A stretch of DNA of 63,214 nucleotides, filler included, from Rhabdomonas costata (lineage: Eukaryota), in assembly GCA_019059605.1 (NCBI GenBank). It is 37 parts of 37 records of this genome, joined end to end, with 100 filler letters (N's around TTAATTAATTAA, not from the genome) between each part and the next. Parts side by side here need not be neighbours in the genome. Positions count along the whole stretch, not along the records: positions 34,229 to 35,840 come from JAHMHO010012020.1; positions 35,941 to 37,551 come from JAHMHO010012021.1; positions 37,652 to 39,262 come from JAHMHO010012022.1; positions 39,363 to 40,972 come from JAHMHO010012023.1; positions 41,073 to 42,685 come from JAHMHO010012024.1; positions 42,786 to 44,395 come from JAHMHO010012025.1; positions 44,496 to 46,106 come from JAHMHO010012026.1; positions 46,207 to 47,817 come from JAHMHO010012027.1; 29 more parts are not named here. The stretch is one strand, 5' to 3'. The position numbers and the translations under genes are program-made. Below, piece by piece: positions 34,289 to 47,261 of the stretch (position 1 is its first letter; each line of letters opens with the position of its first letter). The notes under the pieces are model-generated. The model searched no databases, had not been told where the DNA came from, and saw nothing but the letters and a program-made list of their open reading frames with translations.

Positions 34289-37200
34289 GTATGAAGGGTA
34301 AAAGTCACGGAAGACCAACCTGGAATCTTCCAGCAACCAGTGAATTGTCAAAAAAAAAAAAAGAGGGCCGTTTGTCCCTTTTGTAAAACGCCCAAGTCAA
34401 AAAGCCCCCGTACAGGGCCCTTTTGGACAAGTGTTCCGCCACACAGAAAAATAGCAGAGGTTAGGAAAGATGAAACCAGTGCCGAAAATCCTTTTTTCAC
34501 AAGACAAAACCTTTTTGTCCTGATGGCCAAAGTTATGGGTAAAAGGATGGTTTTCAGGCCAAAATTGATGAAAAAAGAAGCAAATTACAAGTACACGCGG
34601 ATGAGTGGGGTGGCGACGACACAAAAAATTACTTGGGGGTAAGCCTCGTCTTGGGGAGGGTAAGAGGAGTTCTGGTGACGGAGAAGCAAAAAGATCTTGA
34701 CTTATTGACCCTTTTTTACTGTGTGATAGGGCATTTTAAAATCGAGCTTTGTCATTTATTTTACCAAAATAGGGTTAGGGATACTGTTTTCCTTTCCGCT
34801 AGAAAGATGTTTTTAAGTTGAGAGTTCGAGAGTTTGGAAATTTGTGATGTTTAACCCCCCCCAAAAAAAGAATACAAGAGCCCCCAAAGCACTTGCTTGT
34901 TTTGAACGATGGGGCGGTTGCTGTGAAGGAGTCAAGGGCTTTCCTGTTGTAGAATCTGTGACAGAGCATATCAATTCGGCCGCAGCTTTCGACAGAATGG
35001 TAGTGTCTTCCATGCACGTTTGCTACAAACCCCGTAAATACACAAGAGTCAGTAACCTTTATTGGTTGGGCTACCACCCTTTCATTCTTCTGTTTTTGAA
35101 ATTTGACCTTTAGCACACACACAAAGTGGTTTTCTTGAATGCATGAATGCACACTTGTTCTAAGAACTTTTGTCATAAAAATCGGGAGGGGGGCTGTTTT
35201 TTTCCCGGATTTTCAAATGCCGAACGAAATGTCAGCCTTTAGATCTTTGTTTTTCCACGAGAAGTTTTTGTTTTTTGCTGGAGAGAAGCTTTGGTACGCA
35301 GTGCAGGGTTGTGGTGCTGGTGGGTAACTCCGTCGTATTGCTAAACCCCGAAGTCCTTTGACCCACTGTCTTCAGCTTTCGGTATCTTGATGGTCGCCCA
35401 TGGATTCCTGTCGAGCTTATGGTGGGAGAGTGAGGGGCTTTACTCCATTTACCGCACCCCTCTCGTGCACGTAAACTAAAACCAGGTGCAGACCCTTGTG
35501 CACCTTGCACTATGTACCCATTGCGACGGTTACTGCCTCAGGTACCCTAGCCACTCGCGCTTTTTTCTCTGTCAAGTCGCTCTTCCTCTTTGCCTCCCCA
35601 CTTTTCGCCCAACTCTTGCTCGTGGCGGGCACTCTTCTGCCTCCCACCAACCCTCTTTCCCTCTTCCGCTTCCCAAGCCCACAAGCAAGGGCAGCTCTAA
35701 GTTGAAACTCCTTCTTCTTTTGACTCTCTGAAATGCTCTCCCGGACCCTTCTGCGGTGCGCCCTCGCGCTTCCCGCTCAGCAGCTCCGTCCCTCCGCCCG
35801 GCCACTGGCCCTCCCTGTGGGCCTTCTCCCCCCCCACACCNNNNNNNNNNNNNNNNNNNNNNNNNNNNNNNNNNNNNNNNNNNNTTAATTAATTAANNNN
35901 NNNNNNNNNNNNNNNNNNNNNNNNNNNNNNNNNNNNNNNNACATGTTTGTGGTGGCACTTTTGCAGTGGACCCAGGCCTTGCTCATTCCAGTTCTGCTTT
36001 CGCAAGGAGGCCGCCTTTTTAGGACTTGTGGGAGTTCGGCCGTCACGCGGGCGCTCGTCATCAAAACCAGTAAAAACAGACAGCGCATATTACCAAAACA
36101 AGCGAACCAAGAGAGGACACAAAGCACATACAAATCTTGGACTTCTCGTACGACATCGTGTTGAGCGGGTCCAAGGCCTAAGTCCAAAACCCCAAACCCG
36201 TCATCTCCACAAAGAAAAAGGTGCTCCAAGCGAACTTGCATCCCCCCACCCACCCACACCAACTAATGAACATGCACGCCTTGGTTCCAAGGCGGCATCC
36301 TGGCATGGCCGTGTGTATCACCTGACATTTTTGAGGGTCCAAGATGCTGGAGGGCAGGGGCGAGGAGGGGTTTTGGGCTCTGGGTAGGGGGCGGTGCACG
36401 TGCCCCAAGATTAATTCTTTGGCCTTTTCCATGGGTTAGGAAGAAATGCAAGAGAAAAGGTGAGATGCGTGCCACGTACCTGTTCATTTCGATGCTGCCA
36501 CACTGGATTCACACTCTTTTGTGTTTCATTACACATTTCTTCACCGTGCTGGATGTTCGTTACTAGAATGGGGGCGCATGTTCATCAGGAGGAAAAAATA
36601 TAGATGCCCCAGCGCACTCACTCATACCACAGTCCCACGTTGACTGCAGGAATAGCCGTGATGTACTGTCACCCCAATCCCAGAATTACCGATCCCGACC
36701 CAAATTCCGATCCAAGCTTTTCATTCTTCCCTGCATTCAAAAAAGGCCAATATTAGGAGGACTCTTTTTCTTTTCCAGCTTTTGAGCAGATGCAGTTTGT
36801 AGCGGCGCCGAAGATGCAATGCACGGACTCACTGAAGTAGGCGCAGTGAGGTCAATGCTGCATTAACCGGGTACCAGACCAGCAAATCCAGTACTGTACA
36901 TGTTTTATTGATTGGAGCCAAGGGAAGAAAGTCGAAAATCATGCCTTTCGCTGGAGCCACGTCAGTTTTGCCGGGTGATGCTGGCGGCGGAGGGCCTCTC
37001 GGATGGCCAGCTGGGATTCCTTCTTGCCCTGCCGGGCTCTGTTTTCCGCTGTGATGGTGTTACAACGCCAATCGAAAATGATTTCGTATGCAACCATAAG
37101 GAATGGGGCCCAGCAAAAGTGATAACCCTGAATGCAAGGGAGAACATTAGATTGATTAAATCCATTTCAGAAGCCCGGTGCATCATGCGCACACATCGCA

Positions 37201-37884
37201 ACGAAAACTAAAGTGAGCAAATGAACGACTAACCGAACAGAAGCAATGTGTATCAACGAAATACCAAACCAATGTTGACCACAACCCCAGGATAGGTCTA
37301 CATCTACATTCGCTATTCGCTAGAAATGGCTGGACTTCAGGAAGAGGTCGTCACTGGCGAGAGGAGAAAACAAGACAACGTGAACTAACCTTCCTTGATC
37401 ATTGCCGGGGTCTTGGTAGTGTCCTTGAATCCCAGGTAGAAAGGAACTGAGAGACCACAATTCACAAGCAACTCCCCAGCTCAAACAAAACCACACATAC
37501 AGCAACATAACACAATGTTAAGTTATAGCTAGGGTATTCACCCACCCCACCNNNNNNNNNNNNNNNNNNNNNNNNNNNNNNNNNNNNNNNNNNNNTTAAT
37601 TAATTAANNNNNNNNNNNNNNNNNNNNNNNNNNNNNNNNNNNNNNNNNNNNGTGGGCCCAACCATATTGAGCAATTGAGACATGGGCGAGGGTTTGGGTG
37701 CTCCAAGATTGTGCTCAAACACCCAGCCCGAGATAATTCGCAGACGACTTTCCTTTGTGAGCGAGGCGTGGATTAGAACGATGCAACCCCATCAAAATTC
37801 AATCGGGTGCTGTCAATACCGACAGCAAAGACTGTATAGACAGAAAACGGTGGGTGAGGGTGGGGTGGGGGTTCAGACACAATA

Positions 37885-39030
37885 AGGCTGTCGGTGCGCT
37901 GGATGCCCAGCGCCTCGCTGTCAGGGAAGGTTATCTGGCCGTCCAGAGATAGGGAGTCGTCGGGGAAGAAAGGGGAGGCCGTGGAGAGATTCTGCGCGGT
38001 GTACAGCAACTCACTGAGCTGGGCGATGGTCCCCAGCAGCCGAGTCTGCTCCTCCACATGCTGCAAGTCTCTGCAAGCACGCCCAATATCACAGCAACTC
38101 ACCGCTTGACTTCATTTGGTGGGACTTAGCAAAGTTCTCTTTCACAGCGCCCGCCCGCGCGTACACACAGCAGGCATAAGCGATTGTCACATTGCAGAAT
38201 TGCAGATTGGGTCTTCTGGGTAGGAACCCTGCTGCAAAAAGAAAGAAATGATGGGTTGCCTGGCTTTCCGCAAGTTTGCGCTGGCCGCGGTGAGCTTCTC
38301 AATCAGTTGGACCTCGGACTTGCGCTGCATCAGCCCCGCCGTGTCCTTGGCCGGAAACCCACCGATGAGCTGGAAAACATTCAGGGTGTCAGAGACAGCG
38401 AGAAAGCGGTATAAAGCGGCCTGAGTTTAGCACATAATGTTTGAGCCATTTTGTAAGGACGCAAACCTAAATCCAGTTATAATGTCAATAATCAGGGTCA
38501 ATGAGTCCTCCACACAGAACAGCGCAAAGAAGAAAAAAGGAGGTAGGTAGGAATGGCATGATTTAAAAAGGCATTCAAATAGGAAGGCAAGGGAAGGGAA
38601 GACAAGAGATGACTACACCTATCAATAATTTCTTGTAGCAATGCAGCAACCAGATTACTTGACTGCCCCAAGAGTAACTCGGCCAAGTGTCAAGCGCCAT
38701 GATATTACTTGAGAAGGAAAATCCAGGTGGTGGATTGGTACAACACGGCGAGTGTCAAAACCTTTCGCTCCGTGCTGTCCTTGACGTAGGCCAGGACGTC
38801 GACTAGGACTTTCTCCATCCACTTGTCAAACATCAATTTGAGCACGGAGGCCAAGGAGTGGTCCCCAATCTGATCAACAGAGCAACAAACTTGGGGCACA
38901 AGCTAATGGGGAAGCAGGGCTTAAGTTTTTCCTTGCCTCATGCGCAAAGGACGCCATAAAGGGGAACTTCCCTGGGCCCCTTACTCTTCGCGGGCGGTGA
39001 CGACCGCGACCAAGAGCCACACTTCTTCAT
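37885..39030 (-). CDS. Multi-exon gene fragment, unknown helical protein
   Basis: Several AG-bounded GC3-rich segments (IGDHSLASVLKLMFDKWMEK..., LIGGFPAKDTAGLMQRK..., DLQHVEEQTRLLGTIAQL...); exact splicing unresolved. Confidence 0.45.
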
Positions 39031-41343
39031 CAAGCCATGACAAGAGAAGAAATAAAATCAGATGAATCGCCCAGGGTCGGAAAGTCAGCAGTGGCCCAAA
39101 CACTAATTGAGTATAAAGACAATTGGGAGGGAAAAATGCATTCAGCGCAACGACAAACAGCTGTTTCAATCGGGTATCACGTGCCCGCGAGCGGCACTTT
39201 TTAAGCAACCATATGTCCATATCTTTGCTGAACACCAGCCATGGGGCAGGGAACACACCCCCNNNNNNNNNNNNNNNNNNNNNNNNNNNNNNNNNNNNNN
39301 NNNNNNTTAATTAATTAANNNNNNNNNNNNNNNNNNNNNNNNNNNNNNNNNNNNNNNNNNNNACCACTAAAATTGAGTACTGGTGTAATTGATATTCATC
39401 CCTATTCATCATGTCGGACGATTGCCAAAATGCATAAAATATATTTTTATTGTAGAATCTGACTTGTTAATGACAACAAAACTATACACTACGATAGCGT
39501 CAACATTTGTACGTAGATGCTGACAAGCAGTTCCTTCTGTATGTCGTTGATGCTATTGCCTCAACCGCCCAATTATGCACTACCAAGAATAGAGGTTTGT
39601 TTCAGAGTGGAGACTCTTTGCTCAGACACAAACTTCAGAAATAATTGCCTGACATTTTCGCATACTCAGAACAATTGAAAAATTGAAATAATGTGTGCTA
39701 AATTAATAAAATAATTTTATTAATTAGTGCAAACGTCTGTATTGTATCCCATTGTGGACATTGCAAATAAGACTGTTGACGCCCACTTTTCATTACACAC
39801 CACTTCCATATTATCTTAAAGGCGGTTATGGTCACATGAAAACGATGAGGCCCAGCAAACATCGAGAGGTTTCAAAATAATTATGCTCAGGTTTTGTTTA
39901 TTAAACGGAACTATAAACTTATCGAAGTCACATTTAAACCACCCCATGCATTACACTGCGTTGATTCCACCACTGACAAAAACTTTACATGAAGTGCAAT
40001 ACAGAAGATCCGACACTTTAAGTACAGAACTGGTTGAACCATATCAACGTGCCTGCTATTGACGCCACATCATGATCTTGTCTTTGTTTTGATCTATTGT
40101 ATAAAAACTCGGAGCTGTGCCATCAAGTGGACGACAATTTTTGACAAATGAATCAGACAAAAATGGCGGAACCTTTTGTATTAAACACTGGCACATTATA
40201 AATAAACCCGAACACGCGTTGTGGTGACCATGCATCTCGACAACTAAAAACAACCCACACACCTTCACACCATAGGTTGCTAAAGGAAGTTGCGGGTCGA
40301 TAAATTTGACAAAACTAAGATGAAATTTGGAACAACGCGCAATATCCAACAATTTTATAATCCAAAACGGTGGCATCGGAATCATCTTCTCATAAGTTGC
40401 TAAAGGATTCCGAAGACTGCGAAAAGCTCATTGAAAGCGTTGTCTAACGCGTTGTCTTCTCTGCCTCTGCTGTGCTTGAGATTTTGAACATGAAGGTTGT
40501 AGTTCTGTGCCAAATCAAAGGTACAACGTGCACCACCTCAGCCACCTCATGCTCGTTCTTTTGTGCTCATCAGATCAAAAAGGAATCTGACGATTTGGGA
40601 TTTGAGAGCACCTTCTTTTGGAGGTCAAGCACATTTGGGAATTCGCGTTTTGATGTCCGCGGGTTTCAAATAATGGTAGATCGATAGCCGGAGGTTCCTC
40701 TAAACTGAAGGGCGGACGTTTTTTGGCGGACCGCGGTAAGTCGCTCTTAAGTCGGTTGGCCGGCTGGCCAAGCCGATGTTCCGGAATACGTCGCACTCGA
40801 TCCTGGTCGCGGGCAGTGCCAGTCCGTTTTGGTGTGTTTGGTGTCTTTCTGGGAGTCGGCCACCGGCCACCGGCCACAATGAACATTTTGGGGGGAAGGA
40901 CGACAACAACAACAACAACAACAACACACCCCTTCCCTCTCGCCCCCCACATCCCTAAACACACTCAACACANNNNNNNNNNNNNNNNNNNNNNNNNNNN
41001 NNNNNNNNNNNNNNNNTTAATTAATTAANNNNNNNNNNNNNNNNNNNNNNNNNNNNNNNNNNNNNNNNNNNNGTTTGGGACACGAGGGGGAAGAGGGGTA
41101 GAAAAAAGCGGACAACCACGCTCCGATACGGAACGAGCCGGTGCTGGCAAAAAGGAAAACCTGAAAATGAACCAGTCCGCAGGGTGTCCGCTTCCTTCAG
41201 CCCTGTCGCGGTACGAATTTGCTGGGCAGTCCTTTTATGGATTTCGGGGATAGTGGAGGGGCTGACAGACAGATCGGGCAGCAAAACCACTGGAAGAGAA
41301 AGGCCTTCCAGAGGTACGCGCATAACTGTCACCAAATGGATAC

Positions 41344-41948
41344 CTCGCTGAGAAAATCGGTGTTCGTGTAGCCGCCCAGAACAAACGCACGGGGCCCCAG
41401 CACCCCGCACCCCACGGCCATTCTCCCCGAGGAGAACGCCGCCGTGGTGCTCTGGGTCCACGACAGCCCGTCCCTGCTCCACAGCACATCGTTAAGACAG
41501 TTGTAGTCCACATCGTTTCCGGCAATCATCATCAGGACATCCCCGAAGGTCATTGTGCAGTGCCAAGTGCGAGGATACACCCCCGAAGGGGTCGAGATGG
41601 TGTTGACGGCGACCCAGGAGTACAGAGCTGAGAGGCGGAAAGTGGCGACTTTAGGCATTGGTTGAGCCACATCACCATAGATCACCAATCAGAATCCTTT
41701 AGCTACTCTATGTGGAGATGTGATGACACTGTGGCGTACTTCCGTGGAAAAACAACCACACACAGCTCGGACATAGGCTGAAACAGAAAAGGCAGGACAA
41801 GCACGGGCGGGGTGTAGGATGGGGGAGGAAAACGACGGCATACGTTGGCAGCACTCGCCCTGGGTGCACAAGTCCGAGGCGCACCGGGTCTGCGGGAGGA
41901 GTCTCCCGTAGCCCACGGGGCACACCACAGAGTTGTCCCCACAGGTGA
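41344..41948 (-). CDS. Cys-rich module plus kelch-like beta-propeller exons (likely extracellular protein)
   Basis: Exon 41948-41844 (phase 1-1; TCGDNSVVCPVGY...CASDLCTQGECCQ) and exon 41627-41344 (PRTWH...LMMIAG...LNDVLWSRDGLSW...GR...AFVLGGY...FLSE). Confidence 0.7.
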
Positions 41949-42970
41949 CTGTGCATGCGGGGCAAGTGAGGACTGGGGACCATGGGTGACGATATGCGGT
42001 AGTGTAACCCCACCCAGAGCAGTTTGCAGTTTGTAGCGCTTTGAGGGGAGAGAGAGGGAGGGTGAGGCCGCTACAAGACACCACGGGTGAAAACGCCAGA
42101 AAAATTAGCTTGCATGATTCCTCTTTTTTTTCTGCGGACCTGCACCAACGGTGAGGCCCTCCGGAAATGGAGGGCCATTTACTGCGGCTCAAAGCACCCT
42201 ATTCGCTGGGTGACTTCCGACGGACCGAGGCACGGGTATCGTTGAGCTAGACTTCAGCTAGAATGGTCGGTTGGGCCCATTCTCGGTGAGACTCCACTCT
42301 TGTGTTGAGCTTACTGGCAGCTTCCGCCTCCTCCGCCGCCCCTGGCTATATGTCTGCGCTTATTTTGAGGGTCAATTTTCGGACTTTTAAAGCCCTTTTC
42401 AATTTCATTTTCAAGGAAGTGTGGGCCTTTACATACTGAGCACTCGGATCTGCCGGGCCTGCGAGGTGTATTTCAAGCTTGCACCGGAGTGGCCCGGAAA
42501 GCTTGTGCTTACCGCTGCCCTGGGATCTTTGTGACCTTAAGGCACTTTGCGTGTTGCTGGTCAAGCAAAATGAGGAATGCGCGTTGGTTGGAACAAAGGC
42601 AGGGAGAGATGACTCACTTGTATGCAGGAACCCAAATTTGGCCCTTCCCACTGAGAGTAAACTCACCCCTACTAGGATACTACCCNNNNNNNNNNNNNNN
42701 NNNNNNNNNNNNNNNNNNNNNNNNNNNNNTTAATTAATTAANNNNNNNNNNNNNNNNNNNNNNNNNNNNNNNNNNNNNNNNNNNNTGTTTTTATGAAAGC
42801 CAGAAGTCAATGAGAGCTTCTTTTGGGTGCGCTACGAAGTGTTAAGAGGCAGAAGCTAGTTTTCTGAAGCGAAGTTTACACTTATTGCCGTGATCCGGGT
42901 GCCATCTGCGGAGAAACCTAATCCCTCTCCTGCCGCCGCATGGAGTGTGGAGGAAAGGAGCCAGGCATGC

Positions 42971-43089
42971 CTCGAGGGGCAGAGGCATGGGCCCCGAGCG
43001 GGGGCTCTCGCTGCACTGCTGGGGCGTCTGCACCTGCTCCACGGAGGACGAAGAGGAGCGGAACAGCTCCTGCAGCACGGGCCTCCGCT
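42971..43089 (-). CDS. Probable exon, Ser/Pro-rich unknown protein
   Basis: TTTCAG acceptor, RRPVLQELFRSSSSSVEQ...PLPLE, then a GAG|GCATGC (GC) donor. Confidence 0.4.
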
Positions 43090-43657
43090 CTGAAACCCCA
43101 CCCGAGAGAGAAAAAGGGCTCTTGAACCCATGCTTGTGGACGGTGGCGGTGGTGGGGGAGGACAAGAAAGGCCATAGACCGTTCCTGCCAGTGCTACTAG
43201 CACTACTGACGGCGGGAAAGGATCTATTTGCAATGACAACATCGTTCCAAAGTCGACACGAAACTCATGCAAGAAACTGCAGTTTCTCTTGCATCACCAT
43301 ATTCTCTCAACCTCTAATCTTTCCATATTTCCTATTCGCGCCTCTTTTTCTCGATCAATTGTTCCACTCTCCCTCTCCCTCCCTCCCTCTCTCTCTTTTA
43401 CTTAAACTTGCAGTATCGAGCTGCCAAGGTAACAATCGATAGTCCCAATGGGATGTGAAAATACTAGAAAAGCACATTGTGTGTTTCTGATCTTCTCCCG
43501 GGTGCGCCCAGAAACGAAAGTTTCCGATAGACGCTGACGTTTCCCCTACATGGGTCCTCCTGTCCCTTCTTTACCCCAGGAATTCTCTTCTTTGGCCGGT
43601 CTCATCTTGTCCTCCCTCTGTGTCGTTCCTGCAGTACTCCAGCTACGGCTTTTGGTT

Positions 43658-43820
43658 GGGTAACTGGGAGTGTGTAAGTTTGCATAAGTTTGTACATGTT
43701 TATGCGCGAAGAAAAAAGGACGGAGAAGGGGAAAAACGGGAAAGAAAAGGAGAAGAAAAGGTGTCCTAGTCAAGACGCGCGCAGCTTAGGTTCCGGCACG
43801 GGGGGGGGGGCCTATAGCAC
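43658..43820. repeat. Dispersed repeat, copy 2 (matches 19734-19869)
   Basis: Colinear similarity from GGGTAACTGGGA through the purine tract to CCTATAGCAC. Confidence 0.8.
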
Positions 43821-44956
43821 TGTCAGATGCCGCCGCTGATGCACCACTGTACTCAACTGGTTTGACATAAGGCTTGCATAGCGCGTAGTGACAAAATGCG
43901 ATGCCGGGCGACTGACAGCTCATTTTGGAAGCATGTTGCAAGCGAGTTGCAAGCGAGCAACCGAGGGACGCGGGCTCGGATCTGCAAGGATCTGCCGGAC
44001 GAGTGAGACTCCCTCGTATTTGTGCAAGAAAAAACGAACTACTCAGTGTTCCTGCGAGTATTCGTGCTGCCCTGGGTGTTTTCCTATGCGTGCAAGGGAC
44101 AACGCCCAATGGCTGGTGCAAAAGCGCTTTCAACAGTGCTTTCGACCTGAGCAACGAATAAGTAAAAAAGGCCAACAAGGCGTCGCTACTGACCAACATC
44201 GCTTTCACACACAAATTGATGCGGAGCAAGGAAGCGTCAGGAGGAGGGCGCGGGTAAAGGGAATGTAACGAAATTAGTCGAAGCGGTGAAGTACTACTGG
44301 TGTGAGCGATATAGAATCAGTAGTACTGTGCTGGCATGGTTTCAGGCAGAATTGTTCTCATTTTACAGCATTTTAATCACCCCCACCCCCCACCCNNNNN
44401 NNNNNNNNNNNNNNNNNNNNNNNNNNNNNNNNNNNNNNNTTAATTAATTAANNNNNNNNNNNNNNNNNNNNNNNNNNNNNNNNNNNNNNNNNNNNGTGTT
44501 GTGGTCTTATCTCCCGAACTTCTTTGACAGAGGCTGAGAGGTAATGCGCTGCATAATGACCATTTTCCTAATGGCAAAACTACTGCGGTTCTTTTTGCTT
44601 TTCCGATTGCTGCACGTTGCTGTGCGTCCTGTGCTGCTCTGGATAAAGGTTGGCTTTTTAACTCTGCACTGTGCAGAGGTTGCTGATTGTCATGCGCACT
44701 GCAGTTGGAACCCTTTTAAGTTTCCCGTTCGATTGTGTAGCGAAGCGGTGGCCACAAGAGGTTCACTGCAAACTTCTGGCGTCCGCTTGCTTTTCAACAA
44801 CTTTTCTCCCTGTGACTCTACTTTTCGGTTGAAAGTGCCTTTTCGGGCTGAGTTTTCTTACTTCGTTTTTTGTTCGTGAAAGAGGAAGACCACATCGTGC
44901 CCCCCCCCCATTTTTTGCAACCGCGTATTTTTGTCTTTCATTCCCCACGAAAGAAA

Positions 44957-45790
44957 ATGAAGACTTCTCTGATCCAGTACTTCGAGCAGGAGCTTGGACG
45001 GGAGCTGAAGGATGAGGAGGTGGAGGTCCTTGCGCAGCTGTCCCCTCGTGGTGTGGCGAAAGTAAACACCGATATGTTCCGAGGTGTGTATAGCGACACG
45101 TTCCGGTGTTCCAGCACTTTCCGGTGTTCGGACACACAGGACTGCCTTATTTTTGCACGCCAGCACTGCTATGAGAACGTCCATTTGGATGTGCTGTGGC
45201 GCGGAGATGAAATGATATGATGAAGATATAGTGTACGCATGCATAATGTTAGTGTATAGTATGTAGGTGACCTTGATGTTGATTATGAGGTGGTGGTGCT
45301 GTTGTGCACTGCTGCACCACTGTGCCGACGCTTTGTTGGCTACTCCCATGCTCCTTTGTCTCGGCATCCGAAATTCCCATTGGGTTTGAAAAGGCATCTG
45401 TGTCGTTCGCAGGATGGTTTATATGGTTGCCAGGACATTATAAGATGAAACGGCCTTGACGCATGCAAGCAAATTGGGCGTACAAGTGTAGGATTCCAGA
45501 AAGAAAAGTTTCGTGCCTTCCGCATTACCAAAAGGTTAGAGTCACATGGAAGTTTAGTGGTGAACTCAACAGCGCCAGGCTCCTTTCATCCGCGCACAGG
45601 TGTCGCGGCGGCGGACACGCTGCGCTGCCTGATGCTCACTGCGTTTCACCAGAAGGAGCTCCAGAGGCACATCCGTAAGGCGCGTCCTCCAGGAGCCGAC
45701 CACGGGGCCGCAACAGCGGCGGCAGGGCCGAAAGAGCCTCCCAGGGTTGAGCTGAAGATTTTGGGGAAGGAGAGTGAGAAACGGGAACAG
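44957..45790 (+). CDS. Two exons of an unknown protein
   Basis: 44957-45050 (MKTSLIQYFEQELGRELKDEEVEVLAQLSPR) and 45600-45790 (GVAAADTLRCLMLTAFHQKELQRHI...) join in phase 1 via GT-AG. Confidence 0.55.
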
Positions 45791-46979
45791 GTGCTGCGCC
45801 GTTGCTTTGATGCTCAGAATTAGGGACAACTGGGGTTAACCATTTAGCACCGCAAAATGTTTTTGGCTTTTGCGATTCTTGGAATTGTCGCGCGGAAGCC
45901 AGTCCGGGGCAGCGGACTGGAGCGGACGGATTGGTTGAGGCGTTCCCTGGGATGGGCGATGCTGTGTTTAGCGGGTTGTCAGCGTTTCTTACCAGGGTAA
46001 ATAAGTGCGTTACCAAGAATGCCAAGACTTTTTTTTTGCCTTGTTGCAGCACGTCTGAGTCCAAGACGACCAGATAACTCGGCGAAATTTGCCTCTGTGA
46101 CCAAACNNNNNNNNNNNNNNNNNNNNNNNNNNNNNNNNNNNNNNNNNNNNTTAATTAATTAANNNNNNNNNNNNNNNNNNNNNNNNNNNNNNNNNNNNNN
46201 NNNNNNTTGTGCATTGCGTGCTGGCTGTTGCCTGGTTGACTGTTGGCGATCGTGGGCTGACGGGTGCACGCGCTTTTGGCCACGGGTGCTCGTGGGAACT
46301 AGCGAAAGGTGCCGTTGGAGTGAACGGTGCCGTGGGGAACCGGAACCGGCTCAGCGCCGAACGCTCCACGTATGGTAGCCTGCCTTCAGCCCCACGGGTC
46401 CCGGGCCTTTGTCGCGCTGCGCTTTTCCAACGGCGACCTCATTGCTCCATTGCTTGTGTGTGTGTGCGTGTGTGTGTGTGTGTGTATGTGTGTTTCCCTT
46501 TCCTTTGCTTTCGTCGGTGCACCCCAATCAGGTGCACATTTTCCCTTTCAGGGTTCCAGGGACGGCACGAGGACTGCGTCTCCCCATGTAGTCAAAACTG
46601 AAATGAACCTGAGATTCTCGGGCAGCAGAAGATTGGAAATGACGCCTGTCAGCCACGTGCACACACTGAGCGATCGCAGAGGGAGAGGGTTAGCCCTCCA
46701 TAGTGCCGCGGCAATATGTGCCCATTTTGAGGCTATAAGGTTTTTGGGGTTTTTGAGGTTTTTGAGGTTTTTGAGGTTTTCAATTATCTTTGACCAGTTG
46801 TAGCATATCCGCAGGCCTGAGAAGCGGCTGTGTGGGTGACATCTTCTCCCTTCTTACGTGACGGATGCAAAGAAATGAACCAATCCCTGCAAGCTTGTTG
46901 GTGGGGTGGGGTGAGGTGTTGGTCAAGGTTTGGCTTGTTGGGTTTCACTCATTCCTCATTGCTATTCTGCTCATTCCAG

Positions 46980-47261
46980 TTCGAGGTTTTCTGCAGCTCC
47001 CGAGCCCCTTCCCCGCCTGACAGCACCCCCACGCCGATCCCGGAGGCCATCTCGGACTTCTTCGCGCACTGGCTGCCCTACGGCTGTGCCCTGTCTGAGA
47101 TTGTGCTGTGGGCGCCGATGGCGTCGCCTCCGGGGCCGTCGGCAGAGGCCGTACTGCGAGCCCTCAATGGGGCCCTTGTGGGGCTGGTCGAAGGCCCTTG
47201 GAAGGAGGCTGGGAATGGAGGGGAGCCCTTCCCGGCGCTAAGGCAAGCCCGTCTTTGTCAG
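46980..47261 (+). CDS. NOL9/Grc3-like polynucleotide kinase C-terminal exon
   Basis: 282-nt phase 0-0 exon; LPY...LSEIVL...EAVLRALNGALVGL resembles the NOL9/Grc3 PY...L.ALN.S.VGL segment. Confidence 0.55.

Noticed and set aside
39650-39960. Frame with many TAA/TAG codons suggesting a ciliate-type genetic code
   Set aside because: The read-through peptide has no recognisable homology, and stops are expected in AT-rich DNA
43403-43418. 16-mer TAAACTTGCAGTATCG also found near 61228
   Set aside because: About one such match is expected by chance in this much sequence, and the flanks do not align
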